Below, piece after piece: positions 8,943-19,634 of a stretch of DNA of 64,000 bases. Source of the DNA: an uncultured Nitrospinota bacterium (GTDB lineage: Bacteria > Tectomicrobia > Entotheonellia > J063 > CAVPRW01); contig CAVPRW010000007.1 of the NCBI GenBank assembly GCA_963707985.1, positions 124,520 to 188,519 of the forward strand, in the 5' to 3' direction. Within the stretch, counting starts at the first letter, position 1; each line of letters opens with the position of its first letter. The translations under genes and the position numbers were made by a program. Under the pieces are notes generated by a model. That model did not search any database, had not been told where the DNA came from, and saw only the letters and a program-made list of their open reading frames with translations.

Positions 8943-10643
8943 ATGTCGAATGCTATGGTGCCAGTGCCGATGATCGCGTACTTCTCGATGGAGATCGCTC
9001 TCGAAAGCCACATCCCAACCTACAGCGGTGGTCTCGGCGTTTTGGCCGGCGATACCCTACGCAGCGCGGCCGACCTGAGGCTACCGATGGTCGGCGTGAC
9101 GCTCCTGCACCGCAAGGGTTATTTCTTCCAACGATTGGATGACGAGGGACGCCAATCCGAGGCTCCGGTCGCGTGGCCGATCGACGATTTCCTGCAGCTG
9201 ACGGATGGCGTCTGCCAGGTGGAGATCGAAGGCCGACAGGTGACCGTGCGTGCCTGGCGCTTCCTCATCATCGGGGTTGCCGGCTCCGAAGTGCCAGTCT
9301 TTCTCCTCGATACAGACGTTCCGGAGAACGACCCCTTCGATCGTACCTTGACCGACTCCCTGTACGGCGGCGATGAGCGCTATCGGCTCTGCCAGGAAGT
9401 AATCCTGGGCGTCGGGGGTGTGCGCATGCTGCGGGCCTTGGGATATCCGCAAATGGGTAAGTTCCACATGAACGAAGGACACGCCGCTCTCCTGGCCCTG
9501 GAGTTATTTGACGAAGAGCTCAAGCATACACCCGACAAGCGCGATGAGGCCATGGAACGCGTCAAGCGCATGTGCGTATTCACTACCCATACGCCGGTGC
9601 CGGCGGGCCACGATCAGTTCTCCCCTGGTGTGGTCGAACGCGTCTTGACCGCCGATCAGTTGGAGGCCTTGCGGGCCTCGGAGTGCTGCAATGCGGTCCT
9701 CAACATGACGTTTGTGGGACTGCATCTGAGCCATTTTGTCAACGGCGTCACGAAACGACATAGCGAGGTGTCGCGCTCGATGTTCCCTGGTTATCCGATC
9801 AACGCGATCACCAACGGCGTGCACTCAGCTACCTGGACCGCCCTCGCATTTCAGCGGCTTTACGACCGCTATATCCCGGACTGGCGGCAGGACAGCTTCT
9901 CCCTGCGTTACGCCCTTGGAGTCCCCCTAGATGATATTCGCCAGGCCCATCAAGAGGTGAAACAGCGCCTGGTCACGGAGGTCAATCGCCAGGTCAATAG
10001 CGGTTTCGACCACAATCTGTTCACGCTGGGCTTTGCTCGCCGTGCCACCGCATACAAGCGCGTAGACTTACTATTTCACGATCCCGAGCGGCTGCGTTCC
10101 CTGGCGCAGCGGTATGGACCTTTGCAGCTGGCGTTCGCAGGCAAAGCCCATCCGAGAGATGAGCGCGGCAAGGCACTGATCCAGCAGATCATCCAACAGG
10201 GCACCCGCCTGCATCCTGAAGTGCGGCTTGCTTACCTACCGAACTATGACATGGAGCTGGCGCAACTGCTGACGGCTGGCGTAGACCTGTGGCTCAACAC
10301 TCCTCTGCCACCATACGAAGCCTCCGGTACCAGCGGTATGAAGGCAGCCCATAACGGCGTGCCCAGTCTCAGCGTGCTCGACGGCTGGTGGTTGGAGGGA
10401 CATATCGAAGGGGTGACGGGGTGGGCTATTGGATCACGCGACGACAGCGGTGCAGGTCAGCACGATGAGGCCGATGCTCGGAGTCTCTATCAGAAGCTGG
10501 AGGAAGCGATCCTCCCGCTATACACCAATGAGCCGAGCCGCTGGGCTGAGGTGATGCGCTATACCATCGCCCTCAGCGCCTCATTCTTCAATACACAGCG
10601 CATGCTCACGGAGTATGTCCAGTATGCCTATCGAGTTCCGTAA
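8943..10643 (+). CDS. glgP: Alpha-glucan (glycogen/maltodextrin) phosphorylase
   Basis: IAYFSME, YSGGLG.LAGD, HMNEGH, FTTHTPVPAGHD, and EASGTSGMKA with the PLP lysine. Confidence 0.95.
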   Translation: MSNAMVPVPMIAYFSMEIALESHIPTYSGGLGVLAGDTLRSAADLRLPMVGVTLLHRKGYFFQRLDDEGRQSEAPVAWPIDDFLQLTDGVCQVEIEGRQVTVRAWRFLIIGVAGSEVPVFLLDTDVPENDPFDRTLTDSLYGGDERYRLCQEVILGVGGVRMLRALGYPQMGKFHMNEGHAALLALELFDEELKHTPDKRDEAMERVKRMCVFTTHTPVPAGHDQFSPGVVERVLTADQLEALRASECCNAVLNMTFVGLHLSHFVNGVTKRHSEVSRSMFPGYPINAITNGVHSATWTALAFQRLYDRYIPDWRQDSFSLRYALGVPLDDIRQAHQEVKQRLVTEVNRQVNSGFDHNLFTLGFARRATAYKRVDLLFHDPERLRSLAQRYGPLQLAFAGKAHPRDERGKALIQQIIQQGTRLHPEVRLAYLPNYDMELAQLLTAGVDLWLNTPLPPYEASGTSGMKAAHNGVPSLSVLDGWWLEGHIEGVTGWAIGSRDDSGAGQHDEADARSLYQKLEEAILPLYTNEPSRWAEVMRYTIALSASFFNTQRMLTEYVQYAYRVP

Positions 10644-10989
10644 ACTGCTGCCGACCCCCAGATGACTCCCCACCAGGCGAACACCAGACCATCGAGGGGG
10701 AAGGGCTCAAAGATCCCCACACCGTACCGATACCCACCTCGTCTCATGGTGTGCCCAGAAGGAGCAGGCCGCGCTGAGCCTACCATCGCCTAACATCAGC
10801 AAGAGGACACCCGTGCTGATCGGGCACCATGCGAAAACTGTTGCATGACAGACCGTTAGTGGGATAGAGTGCCCAGCCATCACCGTCGCCCTGAGCTATT
10901 TCGTCCGTCGGCTCCCGAATGTCCTCGGTGCAGACCGCTACCCAACTGCACCAGGCAGCCCCGTGGCCATGACACACATGCGTCGAGCA

Positions 10990-11345
10990 TGTCGAGTAGG
11001 ACCTCGTGGAGCCCGAGTACAATAGGCTCAAACGCGCCATTGAGAAAGAGTTGCTGCCGTGTTGCTGCCGCTACCACGAGGGGATTCTTTCCTAGTTTCC
11101 GTTTATCAGTGGGTTTCTGACCGGAAAATACCGGCGGGGCCAGCCACCAGGGGCCGGTACCTGGTTCGCCGTCCAGATGCATCGCGCCTTGACCATTCTC
11201 ACGCCGGAGAATTTCGACGTGTTGGACCAACGGAAGGCCTTTGCCGCCCCGCCCTCCCGTCCGTTGGTGGAACTGGCCTTCGCCTGCTTAATCACCCATC
11301 CCCAGGAGAGCAGCATCATTGCCGGCGCCACCATCAAGAACTTAC
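10990..11345 (+). pseudogene. Aldo/keto reductase remnant (C-terminal half)
   Basis: Pieces read EYNRLKRAIEKELLPCC...GIL*, FPFISGFLTGKYRRGQPP and ENFDVLDQ...VELAFACLITHP..SSIIAGAT, interrupted by a stop and a frameshift. Confidence 0.7.
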
Positions 11346-11402
11346 GCGTTCGAGGTATAATGCCGGACATTTGTCCCGATGAAGGCCGGATGAGGAGCCT
11401 GC

Positions 11403-12332
11403 ATGACCATGTCTTCACTCTTTCACGAATATGAACGGCTCGACAGTCTAAAAGCCCTGTTTTCCTCTGCTCCGGCACGCGTGTCCTTCGAGTTTTTCCC
11501 ACCCAAAACCCCCCAAATGGAGGAAAACCTCTGGGAATCCATCCAGCTACTGGCACCGCTGCGGCCTGCCTTCGTCTCGGTGACCTACGGCGCGGGCGGA
11601 TCGACGCGCGATCGCACCCACGCCACGGTGAAGCGCCTTCTCAGCGAGACCTCGCTCACTCCCGCGGCCCATCTGACCTGTGTAGGCGCCACACGGGAGG
11701 AGATCAACGAAGTCGCCCAGGCGTACTGGGAATCGGGTGTGCGGCATATCGTCGCACTGCGCGGCGACATTGCCGAGGCGACGAGAGGGACCTATACCCC
11801 GTATCCCGGCGGGTACGCCTATGCCTCGGACCTCGTGGCGGGGCTGTTGCGCGTCGCGGATTTCGAGATCAGCGTGGCCGCATACCCCGAAACCCACCCG
11901 GAAGCGAAGAGTCCTGCCGATGACCTGGATCATCTCAAGCGCAAAATCGACGCCGGAGCGACACGTGCCATTACCCAGTTTTTCTTCGAGGTGGACGTGT
12001 ATCTGCGGTTTCTGGAACGCGCGTACGGCGCGGGCATTACGGTGCCGATCGTCCCCGGCATCCTGCCCGTCACCAACTATACGCAGTTGAAACGCTTCGC
12101 GGGCACCTGCGGCGCCAAGGTGCCGGACTGGATGGCCAGCCTCTTCGAGGGGTCGGACCACAATCCAGAGCTGCGCGCACTGATTGCGACTTCCATTGCC
12201 GCCGAGCAATGCCGGTTGCTGCGCGCCGCCGGGATCGAGGAATTCCATTTTTATACGCTGAATCGCGCCAAGCTGACGCTGGCCATCTGCCATATTTTGG
12301 GCATCCGCGCCCCAATACCGGCAAGGACATAA
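11403..12332 (+). CDS. metF: 5,10-methylenetetrahydrofolate reductase
   Basis: SFEFFPPK, VTYGAGGSTR, AHLTC, ALRGD, YPE.HP, ITQFFF, HFYTLN. Confidence 0.97.
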   Translation: MTMSSLFHEYERLDSLKALFSSAPARVSFEFFPPKTPQMEENLWESIQLLAPLRPAFVSVTYGAGGSTRDRTHATVKRLLSETSLTPAAHLTCVGATREEINEVAQAYWESGVRHIVALRGDIAEATRGTYTPYPGGYAYASDLVAGLLRVADFEISVAAYPETHPEAKSPADDLDHLKRKIDAGATRAITQFFFEVDVYLRFLERAYGAGITVPIVPGILPVTNYTQLKRFAGTCGAKVPDWMASLFEGSDHNPELRALIATSIAAEQCRLLRAAGIEEFHFYTLNRAKLTLAICHILGIRAPIPART

Positions 12333-12556
12333 GCAGGGCTTGCGCCTGCCCTCCCCCACGAGTCCTACGGGGATGCTGTCCGTTTGCGACGGGCTCAACG
12401 GTTCCGCGCAGCATCCCCCTAGAGCTATCGACGCGTCTGGGGGTTGCGAGAGATACGCCGGCTCTTTCGGTCCAATCTTCTCTCCGGTCCTGCTGTGGTC
12501 TCCGCGGCAGGACATCCCCTGCAAGTACCAACTCAGGGCACCGAGGCAGGACCCTG

Positions 12557-13840
12557 TTACGCCTTCTCTAGTGCCTGAACCAGATCGTGAATCATATCAT
12601 CTGAGCTCTCGAGTCCGACCGAGAGCCGAATCATCGCCTCGGTGATGCCACAGCGATCGAGATCGTCGCGGGCCATGTCGCTGTGCGTCATGCTCCGTGG
12701 ATGTTCGATGAGCGACTCCGTGCCGCCGAGCGACACCGCGAGGTGACACAAGCGCACCGCGTCAAGGACGCGGTAGGCGGTGTCACGGGTGCCATCTTTG
12801 AGATGGAAGCTCATCACTGATCCAGGTCCGGAACACTGTTTCGTGTAGGTCGCATAAGCCACGCCATCGCTCGGCGTGAGGAGCCCGGGAAAGGAGATCT
12901 GTGCGATTTTCGGGTGCTGCTGCAGGGCAGTGGCGATCCTCATCGCTTTCTCCGCCTGGCGTTCCATACGGATCCACAACGTTTCGATGGAACGCGTGAG
13001 CATCCAGGTGGTATCAGGGGCGACCGTTGAGCCGAGGATCGTGCGATAGTCGAGGATCGGACGCATGAGCTCGGCTGATGTGGTCAGTGCGATCCCTGCC
13101 AGCAGGTCGCTGTGCCCCCCGATGAACTTCGTGGCGGAGTAAAGGACGAGGTCAGCGCCGTGCAGGAAGGGCCTCTGGAACACCGGCCCGAGGAACGTGT
13201 TGTCCACCGCCATGATCGTCCCGAGTCCACCGTGGCGACGCACGAGCCCCGTGACGGCCTCGATATCGGTCAAAACCAGCGTCGGGTTCGCTGGGGTTTC
13301 GAGGAAGACCATGTCAAAGGGGCCGTTGGTCTGGAGCATCTGCTCTGTGTGCGCGAGGTTGCTCGTGTCCACACAGAAGGTCGTGATGCCGAAACGCTCC
13401 GGGCATAGATGCTTGAGGAAGAAATACGTCCCACCATACACCGGATCGCTGTAGAGAATCCGTCCCCCGTGGGGTACAAGGGCAAGGATTGCCGTCGTGA
13501 TGGCACCCATGCCAGAGGGGAATGCCGCCGCATGCGTAGCGTTGGCTTCCAAGGCCACCATTTTGTCTTCGAAGATCTCCGTGTTGGGGTTGTTCAATCG
13601 CGAGTAGACCAGACCGGGGTCTTGACCGTCATCGCCGGGGAGGTGATACGCGCGCTCGAAAAATTTTGCGCCCTCCGATGCACTGCTGAATTGAAAGGTC
13701 GAAGTCCGGAATACTGGCGGCTTCACGGCATTCTCGGATAGTCTGGCGCGGTATCCGGCATGGATAACGGCCGTGGATGGATGGAAGTCGCGGAGCGGAT
13801 CCTTGTAATCGGGGTCTTGGTGGTTCTGGTCTTGTGTCAT
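12557..13840 (-). CDS. PLP-dependent cystathionine gamma-synthase / methionine gamma-lyase family enzyme
   Basis: YSRL.NPN, FPSGMGAI, ETPANP, VDNTF, SATKFIGGHSD, VSLGG.ESL; start taken at MTQDQ. Confidence 0.9.
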   Translation of the reverse strand: MTQDQNHQDPDYKDPLRDFHPSTAVIHAGYRARLSENAVKPPVFRTSTFQFSSASEGAKFFERAYHLPGDDGQDPGLVYSRLNNPNTEIFEDKMVALEANATHAAAFPSGMGAITTAILALVPHGGRILYSDPVYGGTYFFLKHLCPERFGITTFCVDTSNLAHTEQMLQTNGPFDMVFLETPANPTLVLTDIEAVTGLVRRHGGLGTIMAVDNTFLGPVFQRPFLHGADLVLYSATKFIGGHSDLLAGIALTTSAELMRPILDYRTILGSTVAPDTTWMLTRSIETLWIRMERQAEKAMRIATALQQHPKIAQISFPGLLTPSDGVAYATYTKQCSGPGSVMSFHLKDGTRDTAYRVLDAVRLCHLAVSLGGTESLIEHPRSMTHSDMARDDLDRCGITEAMIRLSVGLESSDDMIHDLVQALEKA

Positions 13841-14165
13841 GGTGAAAGCCCAATGTTCTCGCCTCGGGAGACGTGGAGAGAAGGGACCGATGATGCGGTC
13901 CTCCCCCGCTCCCACGCATGCATGCGAACAGCAGGGCCGGTACCCGCAGGAAGCGATCATCGCCGGTCGCGAGCCGCTCTGCGCTGGAGCACGACGGCGG
14001 AAGCACCGGCCAGGCCTGCAGGAATTCCTGAGCTTATGATAGCCGAAATTGGCGAGCCGCGCTGCTGAGACGTACCTATTGATGTTATCTGAGGGCTCCT
14101 GCCCACATCGATGGCACCGGAGCTGGCAATCATCGCCAGTTGGCCCGCACCGTACACATTCTTCG

Positions 14166-14194
14166 TTGACACGCCCTGCAAAGCCCACTACACT
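14166..14194 (+). promoter_or_regulatory. sigma70-type promoter
   Basis: TTGACA-17 nt-TACACT upstream of 14358. Confidence 0.55.
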
Positions 14195-14357
14195 CGCCTC
14201 TACCACGCCTCAGACGGGATAGTTTCTCTCGTGTGGTCCATACTCAAAGATCTTTCGAGGGTCTACTCAAGGAAACCACCTTGACAATAGATGGACAGCT
14301 AAGATACATGTGAGCGCCTGCAGCATCTGGCGATCTTGTTTTTGACAAGGAGAACCC

Positions 14358-15296
14358 ATGAAAGTCGGATTTATTGGCCTGGGGACGATGGGCTCCAGCA
14401 TGGCCCTCAATGTCCTCAAGGGCGGCCATGAGCTCGTCGTGCATGACATCAACCGAGAGGCTGTAGGGCTGCATCTCGAATCGGGAGCCGCGTGGGCAGA
14501 CACGCCCCAACAGGTGATGGAAGTCAGCGATGTCGTGTTCACCTCGTTACCTGGCCCCCCGGAAGTGCAAGCGGTCGCACTCGGCGAGAGCGGTTTGATA
14601 CACGGAGTGCGCCCAGGCAAAGTGTACTTCGATCTGAGCACCAACTCGCCAACGCTGTTGCGCCATATCCATGCGGAGTTCGCCAAAGTCGGCGCGCATG
14701 TCCTGGACGCTCCGGTCAGCGGCGGCCCCAGAGGCGCCCGCAGCGGCCGGCTGGCCATCTGGGTTGGTGGAGACAAGGCGATTTACGACCAGTATCAACC
14801 CGTGCTCGACGCCATTGGGGATAAACCGTACTACGTCGGCCCCATCGGCGCAGGTTCCATCGCCAAACTTGTGCACAACTGCACCGGTTACATCATCCAA
14901 ACGGCGATGGCCGAGACGTTTAGCATGGGGATTAAAGCTGGAGTCGACCCATTGGTGCTGTGGCAGGCCGTGCGCCAAGGGGCACTAGGCCGCCGGCAGA
15001 CCTTCGACAGCCTGACGGAGCACTTCTTGCCAGGCCATTTTGACCCGCCAGACTTCGCTCTCCGGCTAGCCCGTAAGGACGTGTCCCTGGCGGTCGAAGT
15101 GGGCCGGGAGTTCGATGTGCCGATGCGCCTCGCCAACCTGACGTATGCAGAGCTGACGGAGGCTATGAACCGGGGATGGGGCCAACGCGATTCCCGGGTC
15201 GCCATGCTCTTGCAAGAAGAGCGGGCCAGGGTCAACGTGCAGGTGCCTCAGGAGAAAATCCAGGAGATCCTGGATAGCGACCGAGCCGGCGCCTAA
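14358..15296 (+). CDS. NAD(P)-dependent beta-hydroxyacid dehydrogenase (3-hydroxyisobutyrate DH family)
   Basis: GFIGLGTMG Rossmann motif, DAPVSGG, KL.HN. Confidence 0.92.
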   Translation: MKVGFIGLGTMGSSMALNVLKGGHELVVHDINREAVGLHLESGAAWADTPQQVMEVSDVVFTSLPGPPEVQAVALGESGLIHGVRPGKVYFDLSTNSPTLLRHIHAEFAKVGAHVLDAPVSGGPRGARSGRLAIWVGGDKAIYDQYQPVLDAIGDKPYYVGPIGAGSIAKLVHNCTGYIIQTAMAETFSMGIKAGVDPLVLWQAVRQGALGRRQTFDSLTEHFLPGHFDPPDFALRLARKDVSLAVEVGREFDVPMRLANLTYAELTEAMNRGWGQRDSRVAMLLQEERARVNVQVPQEKIQEILDSDRAGA

Positions 15297-15459
15297 CCCC
15301 CTCCTCACCGTTCGCTGGGTGCTGGGCCGGAGGTGCCGTGCCATCATCCTCGGGGCATCGCCATGATCAGCTCCGCCTGATTGCTCTTCGTTTGGGCATG
15401 CACCCGGTCCGCATCTAGCTGACGGTGCACACATGGATTGCACCAGCCGCCGTCGATAC

Positions 15460-16917
15460 TCATCGTGGTAACTGCGAGACGTCGGCGCAAACCCTCTCAA
15501 CCTCTTCGATGGTTTTGGGTGCCCCGCTGGTTAAGATTTCGTTGCCGCGTTCCGTGATGAGCACGTCGTCCTCGATCCGAATGCCAATGCCACGAAACTC
15601 TGGTGGGATGGGGTGGGTGATCTTCGGCGCCTGCTCCTGCTCCTCCCTTTCGAGCTTGCTGGCGACAGCCAGGCCCAACCGATCGCGTCGCTCCCGAATC
15701 TCGACGTCGCAGTATTCGCGCAGCGCATAAGTCGCCACCTCGCGCGCCGGATCGAAATACAACCCTGGCTCGACCGTCAGCACCATACCCGGCTCAAGCA
15801 CGCGTGATTGGCGGTCGAGGCGATAGTCTCCGACATCGTGTACGTCCATGCCGAGCCAGTGACCCGTCGAGTGCATGTAGAATTCGCGCTCATGATGCAT
15901 CGCCAGCGACTCCTCCACGCTCCGCGGCAGGACGCCGAGCGCCACGAGCCCTTCCGTCAGCACACGCCGCGCCGCGTCGTGAATGGCCTCATAACGGTTC
16001 CCAGGTTGCGCCACGGCGATGGCGGCGAGCTGTGCCTTCAGCACGAGCTCGTAAATCGCCCGCTGGGCAGCCGTGAAGCGGCCATTGACGGGGAACGTCC
16101 GCGTAATGTCCGCGGCATAATAGCCGTACTCGCAGCCGGCATCGATGAGCAACAGATCACCATCTTCCATGCGGCGGTTATTCTCCGTATAGTGGAGGAT
16201 ACAGGCGTTCGGACCAGACGCGACAATCGACGGATAGGCGTTACGGGGAGAGCCATGGCGGCGGAAGACAAATTCGAGGGCAGCTTGGACCTCATATTCG
16301 TACATACCCGGCCTCGCGTAGCGCATGGCTTCGATATGCGCCTCAGACGCAATCTCGCAGGATCGCCGATGACGCGCCAGTTCGGTGGTCGATCGACGTA
16401 GACGAAGCTCATGAATGATCGGACTCGGATCCGCGAGGCGGACCGGCACAGTCTGACCGCGGGTCTTCACGGGTCGGAGCCCGGTCACGAGTTGGATCAG
16501 CTTCTGATCGTACGCGGCATCCCCCAGTTGGTAGTAGATCGTGGCGCAGCCGATGGCGTACTGCCGGAGCTTCTGATCTAGCTGATCAATGGGATAGGCC
16601 GCGTCGGCACCGTACGTGGCGATAGCCCCCTCTGTGCCTGCACGGTGCCCATTCCATATCTCCATTTCCCGGTCCCGCGGTCGTACGAAGAGCACGAAGC
16701 GTTCCTTGGCATTCGCGGGATTGATCACGGCCACCGCATCGGCCTCGTCAAAGCCGGTCAAAAAGAAGAAATCTGAGTTCTGACGGAATTCGTAGTGGAC
16801 ATCATGGTTCCGCGCCACCTCTTGAGAGCCAGGGATGATCGCCAGTCCTTCACCGATAGACTCGGCAAAGCGCTGGCGCCGCTCGATAAATGGCGTTGCA
16901 TCGAATGATGGTCGCAT
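15460..16917 (-). CDS. pepP: Xaa-Pro aminopeptidase
   Basis: FRQ.SDF..LTGF, NACILHY, DAG.E..YY.ADITRT, HWLGMDVHD, TVEPG, GIRIEDD. Confidence 0.93.
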   Translation of the reverse strand: MRPSFDATPFIERRQRFAESIGEGLAIIPGSQEVARNHDVHYEFRQNSDFFFLTGFDEADAVAVINPANAKERFVLFVRPRDREMEIWNGHRAGTEGAIATYGADAAYPIDQLDQKLRQYAIGCATIYYQLGDAAYDQKLIQLVTGLRPVKTRGQTVPVRLADPSPIIHELRLRRSTTELARHRRSCEIASEAHIEAMRYARPGMYEYEVQAALEFVFRRHGSPRNAYPSIVASGPNACILHYTENNRRMEDGDLLLIDAGCEYGYYAADITRTFPVNGRFTAAQRAIYELVLKAQLAAIAVAQPGNRYEAIHDAARRVLTEGLVALGVLPRSVEESLAMHHEREFYMHSTGHWLGMDVHDVGDYRLDRQSRVLEPGMVLTVEPGLYFDPAREVATYALREYCDVEIRERRDRLGLAVASKLEREEQEQAPKITHPIPPEFRGIGIRIEDDVLITERGNEILTSGAPKTIEEVERVCADVSQLPR

Positions 16918-17385
16918 CGCTTTCTCTCTCCTCACCAATCCCTCTGTCTCCTCGAATTGTCCTACCGCTTTCCATACGAACGGAGCCGATGTTCCGACTC
17001 TTGGCCACTGTTGATCCTGATTGTCGCCGAGGCGGGAAAGTCAGCCTCCAACACGGGTCGTTGGTTCCCGGGATTCTGAGCATACACGTTGTGTTCTCAG
17101 GTGTCCAGCGCACTGGAGGCCTGGCTAGGGTCAGGCAAGATCGCACTGGACTGCGGCAGTATCATGAACCGTCCTCGGAGTGGATTTTCTGTCGCATCCT
17201 ACGGCAAGGCTTGCGACTTTCCTTCGCGCCAGCGTATGATATAGTGTACGATCTTCCCAATCACACGCTCCTGTGGAGAACTGCAGATAGGTTATGCTGC
17301 AGTCAGTCCTCAATTCATCTTCCCTGATGCGTCATCGACTTCGCCCTCATAAGGGCATCCGACTCGCCTAGACCTGGGTGATAGC

Positions 17386-18192
17386 TTGGCCACACTGAAA
17401 ATTGACGATACCGAAATAGCCTATGAAACAGAAGGTGAGGGGGTTGCTCTCGTCTTTATCCATGAAGCGGCGACTGATCAACGCATTTGGCAGCACCAGC
17501 GCACATTCTTTCGCCAGCGGTATCGAGCCATTAGCATCGACATCTTGGGACATGGCCGGGGGGCATGGCCGCCGCAGGACATCGCCATCGCGCAGGCAGC
17601 CCGCCGTGTCGCGCAACTTATGGAACGGCTGGGCAGCGGTCCGGCGTTTATCATTGGGGTTTCCATGGGGGCGGCCGTGGCGATGCGCATGGCTTTCGAA
17701 GCCCCAGCGCTGGTGCGTGGACTCGGGCTCGTCAGTCCTTGGAGTTCTGCTCGTGGGGATCTGCAAAGTCTGATCAATCGCCTGTTTCGCCTTGCGGAAG
17801 CGGGTGACATGGCCGCCCATGCCGACCTGTTGTTGCGTTATGGCTTCCCCATCACCGCTTCAGCATTGCATATGGTCGAGATGGCGCGGGTGCGTGCTCT
17901 GATTCTGGAGCAGGACGCCTGGGCGGTGGCGTATACCTGGGTGGCATGTCTCGCCTGCGATCTGCGGGCGGAGGTGGCGCAGATCAAAGCTCCGAGCCTG
18001 ATTATCGCCGGGTTGAACGATCTGTTCGCACCCCCCTATCTGGCGCGAGGGGTTGCTGAAGGTCTAGCGGAGGTGGAATTGGAGATTTGGGAGGAGACCG
18101 GTCATTTCCCCTTTCTGGAGGACCACGAGCGATTCAATCGGCGGCTCGATCTTTTTTTTCAGCGTTGTCTGCGGTCGACCGAATCAGCCTAA
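17386..18192 (+). CDS. Alpha/beta hydrolase
   Basis: LVFIH, D..GHG, GVSMG nucleophile elbow, C-terminal GHFP. Confidence 0.88.
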   Translation: MATLKIDDTEIAYETEGEGVALVFIHEAATDQRIWQHQRTFFRQRYRAISIDILGHGRGAWPPQDIAIAQAARRVAQLMERLGSGPAFIIGVSMGAAVAMRMAFEAPALVRGLGLVSPWSSARGDLQSLINRLFRLAEAGDMAAHADLLLRYGFPITASALHMVEMARVRALILEQDAWAVAYTWVACLACDLRAEVAQIKAPSLIIAGLNDLFAPPYLARGVAEGLAEVELEIWEETGHFPFLEDHERFNRRLDLFFQRCLRSTESA

Positions 18193-18256
18193 TCAAGCGC
18201 TGCATGTCTGGAGAAGGTCCGCTGGCTCGCGGGTGCTGCGAGGCCAAGCGCCGGGC

Positions 18257-18406
18257 TTATGGACGGCCTATCTTACGCCGCAAGAACCTTGAGAAGTGCA
18301 AGTGACCCTCGATCATGGCCACCAATCCGACAATCAGCGCCAACGTTCCTGAGAAAAGCAAAAAACCTTGCACTGCGGTCTCCTTCGCGCCTAGGCTAAG
18401 GCGCAT
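18257..18406 (-). CDS. Small single-TM protein (49 aa)
   Basis: Hydrophobic FLLFSGTLALIVGLVAMI followed by a basic tail; sigma54 promoter upstream. Confidence 0.45.
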   Translation of the reverse strand: MRLSLGAKETAVQGFLLFSGTLALIVGLVAMIEGHLHFSRFLRRKIGRP

Positions 18407-18480
18407 ACCTGAGACGATGCAGTCCCCCGAGAGCAAGTACTCCGGCGAGGGCCTGGGCTCGTCGTGTGATGATCTAGCAG

Positions 18481-18496
18481 AGCAAGCGGTGTGCCA
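18481..18496 (-). promoter_or_regulatory. sigma54 -24/-12 promoter
   Basis: Minus strand TGGCACACCGCTTGCT, near consensus. Confidence 0.65.
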
Positions 18497-18827
18497 GCAG
18501 GCATCCCTGTTAACGCCCTGGGGATCGAAGCCATGTGCCTGGCCCTGCACGTGGTGTTGGGATCAACGCCCTTGATAGTCGCCGCACCAGCTCGTTCGTT
18601 GCACATCTCTGACCAGGCAGAAAGGTTTCCCCCCGGCAGATGCTGCCAAGCAGCCTTCAAACGCTCCCACCCGCAGTTCGTCCCTGAATTTCTCTTGCCT
18701 TCGTTGATGGGTTTGACTATAGTTAGCCGCAATTTGAACGGCATCGTTCTTTGACATTCGAACCGGGAATTGCCGAGAGAGTGGCGCCGTAGCCTCTGGT
18801 CGGGGGGCAGCTTGGAGGAAGCGACGT

Positions 18828-19538
18828 ATGAGCCCCTTTATCAGTGGGAAGGATCTTGAAGATCGCCTGAAATCACGACTGAAGGAAATGGGCTGCCTGA
18901 TCGAGTCCAAGGAAAAATACGATCATGAGTTCAAATTAGATTTCATGGTGTATCGACTTGCGGGCTTCGAGAAGCCCTTACCGATTTCGGTGGGGGTACA
19001 AGTCACAGCGGATACAGATGATCTAGAGAAACAGCGGGAGTTTCTCGAAGTCCAGCGACGGCTTCGCCCGGTACAAAAGAGCATCTATTTGGCCCTCGAC
19101 AGCCAATTAGACGTCGAGGGGGGCGGTGAGTACGCAGTCTTTGTGGCACTGGGGGCTTGTATTTTCGACCGTTCCAATCGCGACAAGCGGGTCATCGGGG
19201 TGCGTATTTACCGTGATTTTTCCTTCGAAATGTTTGACGTCGAAGATAACTTGAAAGGCGCAAAGTCTTTCCGAATAGAGTCCGATGGTCAGCAGATCTG
19301 GCTTGAAGGCCGTATCAATTACTATAAACGCCTCGAGAGGTTTGGGTTTATCGGGTGGGATGGTGCGCCCGATTTTTGGTTCAGCCGGGATCACGTGGAG
19401 GATCCTGATCTGCTGAATATCCTAGATAATCCAGACTTATATGTGAGTGGCACACCAATCGTTTTTCAGAATGCTGGCATTACCAGAGATGGGGAAAAAC
19501 GCCCCACGGCTATCCGCATTCGTCTGAATAAACCATAG
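18828..19538 (+). CDS. Hypothetical protein: possible nuclease-like N-terminus plus cold-shock/OB-like C-terminus
   Basis: 236 aa with RBS; D...KLDF...VGVQVT, then EGRINYY....FGFI......FWF. Confidence 0.6.
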   Translation: MSPFISGKDLEDRLKSRLKEMGCLIESKEKYDHEFKLDFMVYRLAGFEKPLPISVGVQVTADTDDLEKQREFLEVQRRLRPVQKSIYLALDSQLDVEGGGEYAVFVALGACIFDRSNRDKRVIGVRIYRDFSFEMFDVEDNLKGAKSFRIESDGQQIWLEGRINYYKRLERFGFIGWDGAPDFWFSRDHVEDPDLLNILDNPDLYVSGTPIVFQNAGITRDGEKRPTAIRIRLNKP

Positions 19539-19634
19539 ACAGCCCGAGACAGATGGGCGGACCTCCTCTCGGCATCATGAGAGACGGGCATACTCCCGCT
19601 GGGCGCCGCGCACTTGGCGCGGTGTGGATCCTGG

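Noticed and set aside
11547..12524. Long antisense ORFs (this one, 28013-28882, 32591-33343, 49866-50555)
   Set aside because: Shadow ORFs opposite well-supported genes in GC-rich DNA.
13850..14200. SAM riboswitch upstream of the trans-sulfuration gene
   Set aside because: I could not find the SAM-I core motifs in the right order; an Infernal scan is needed.
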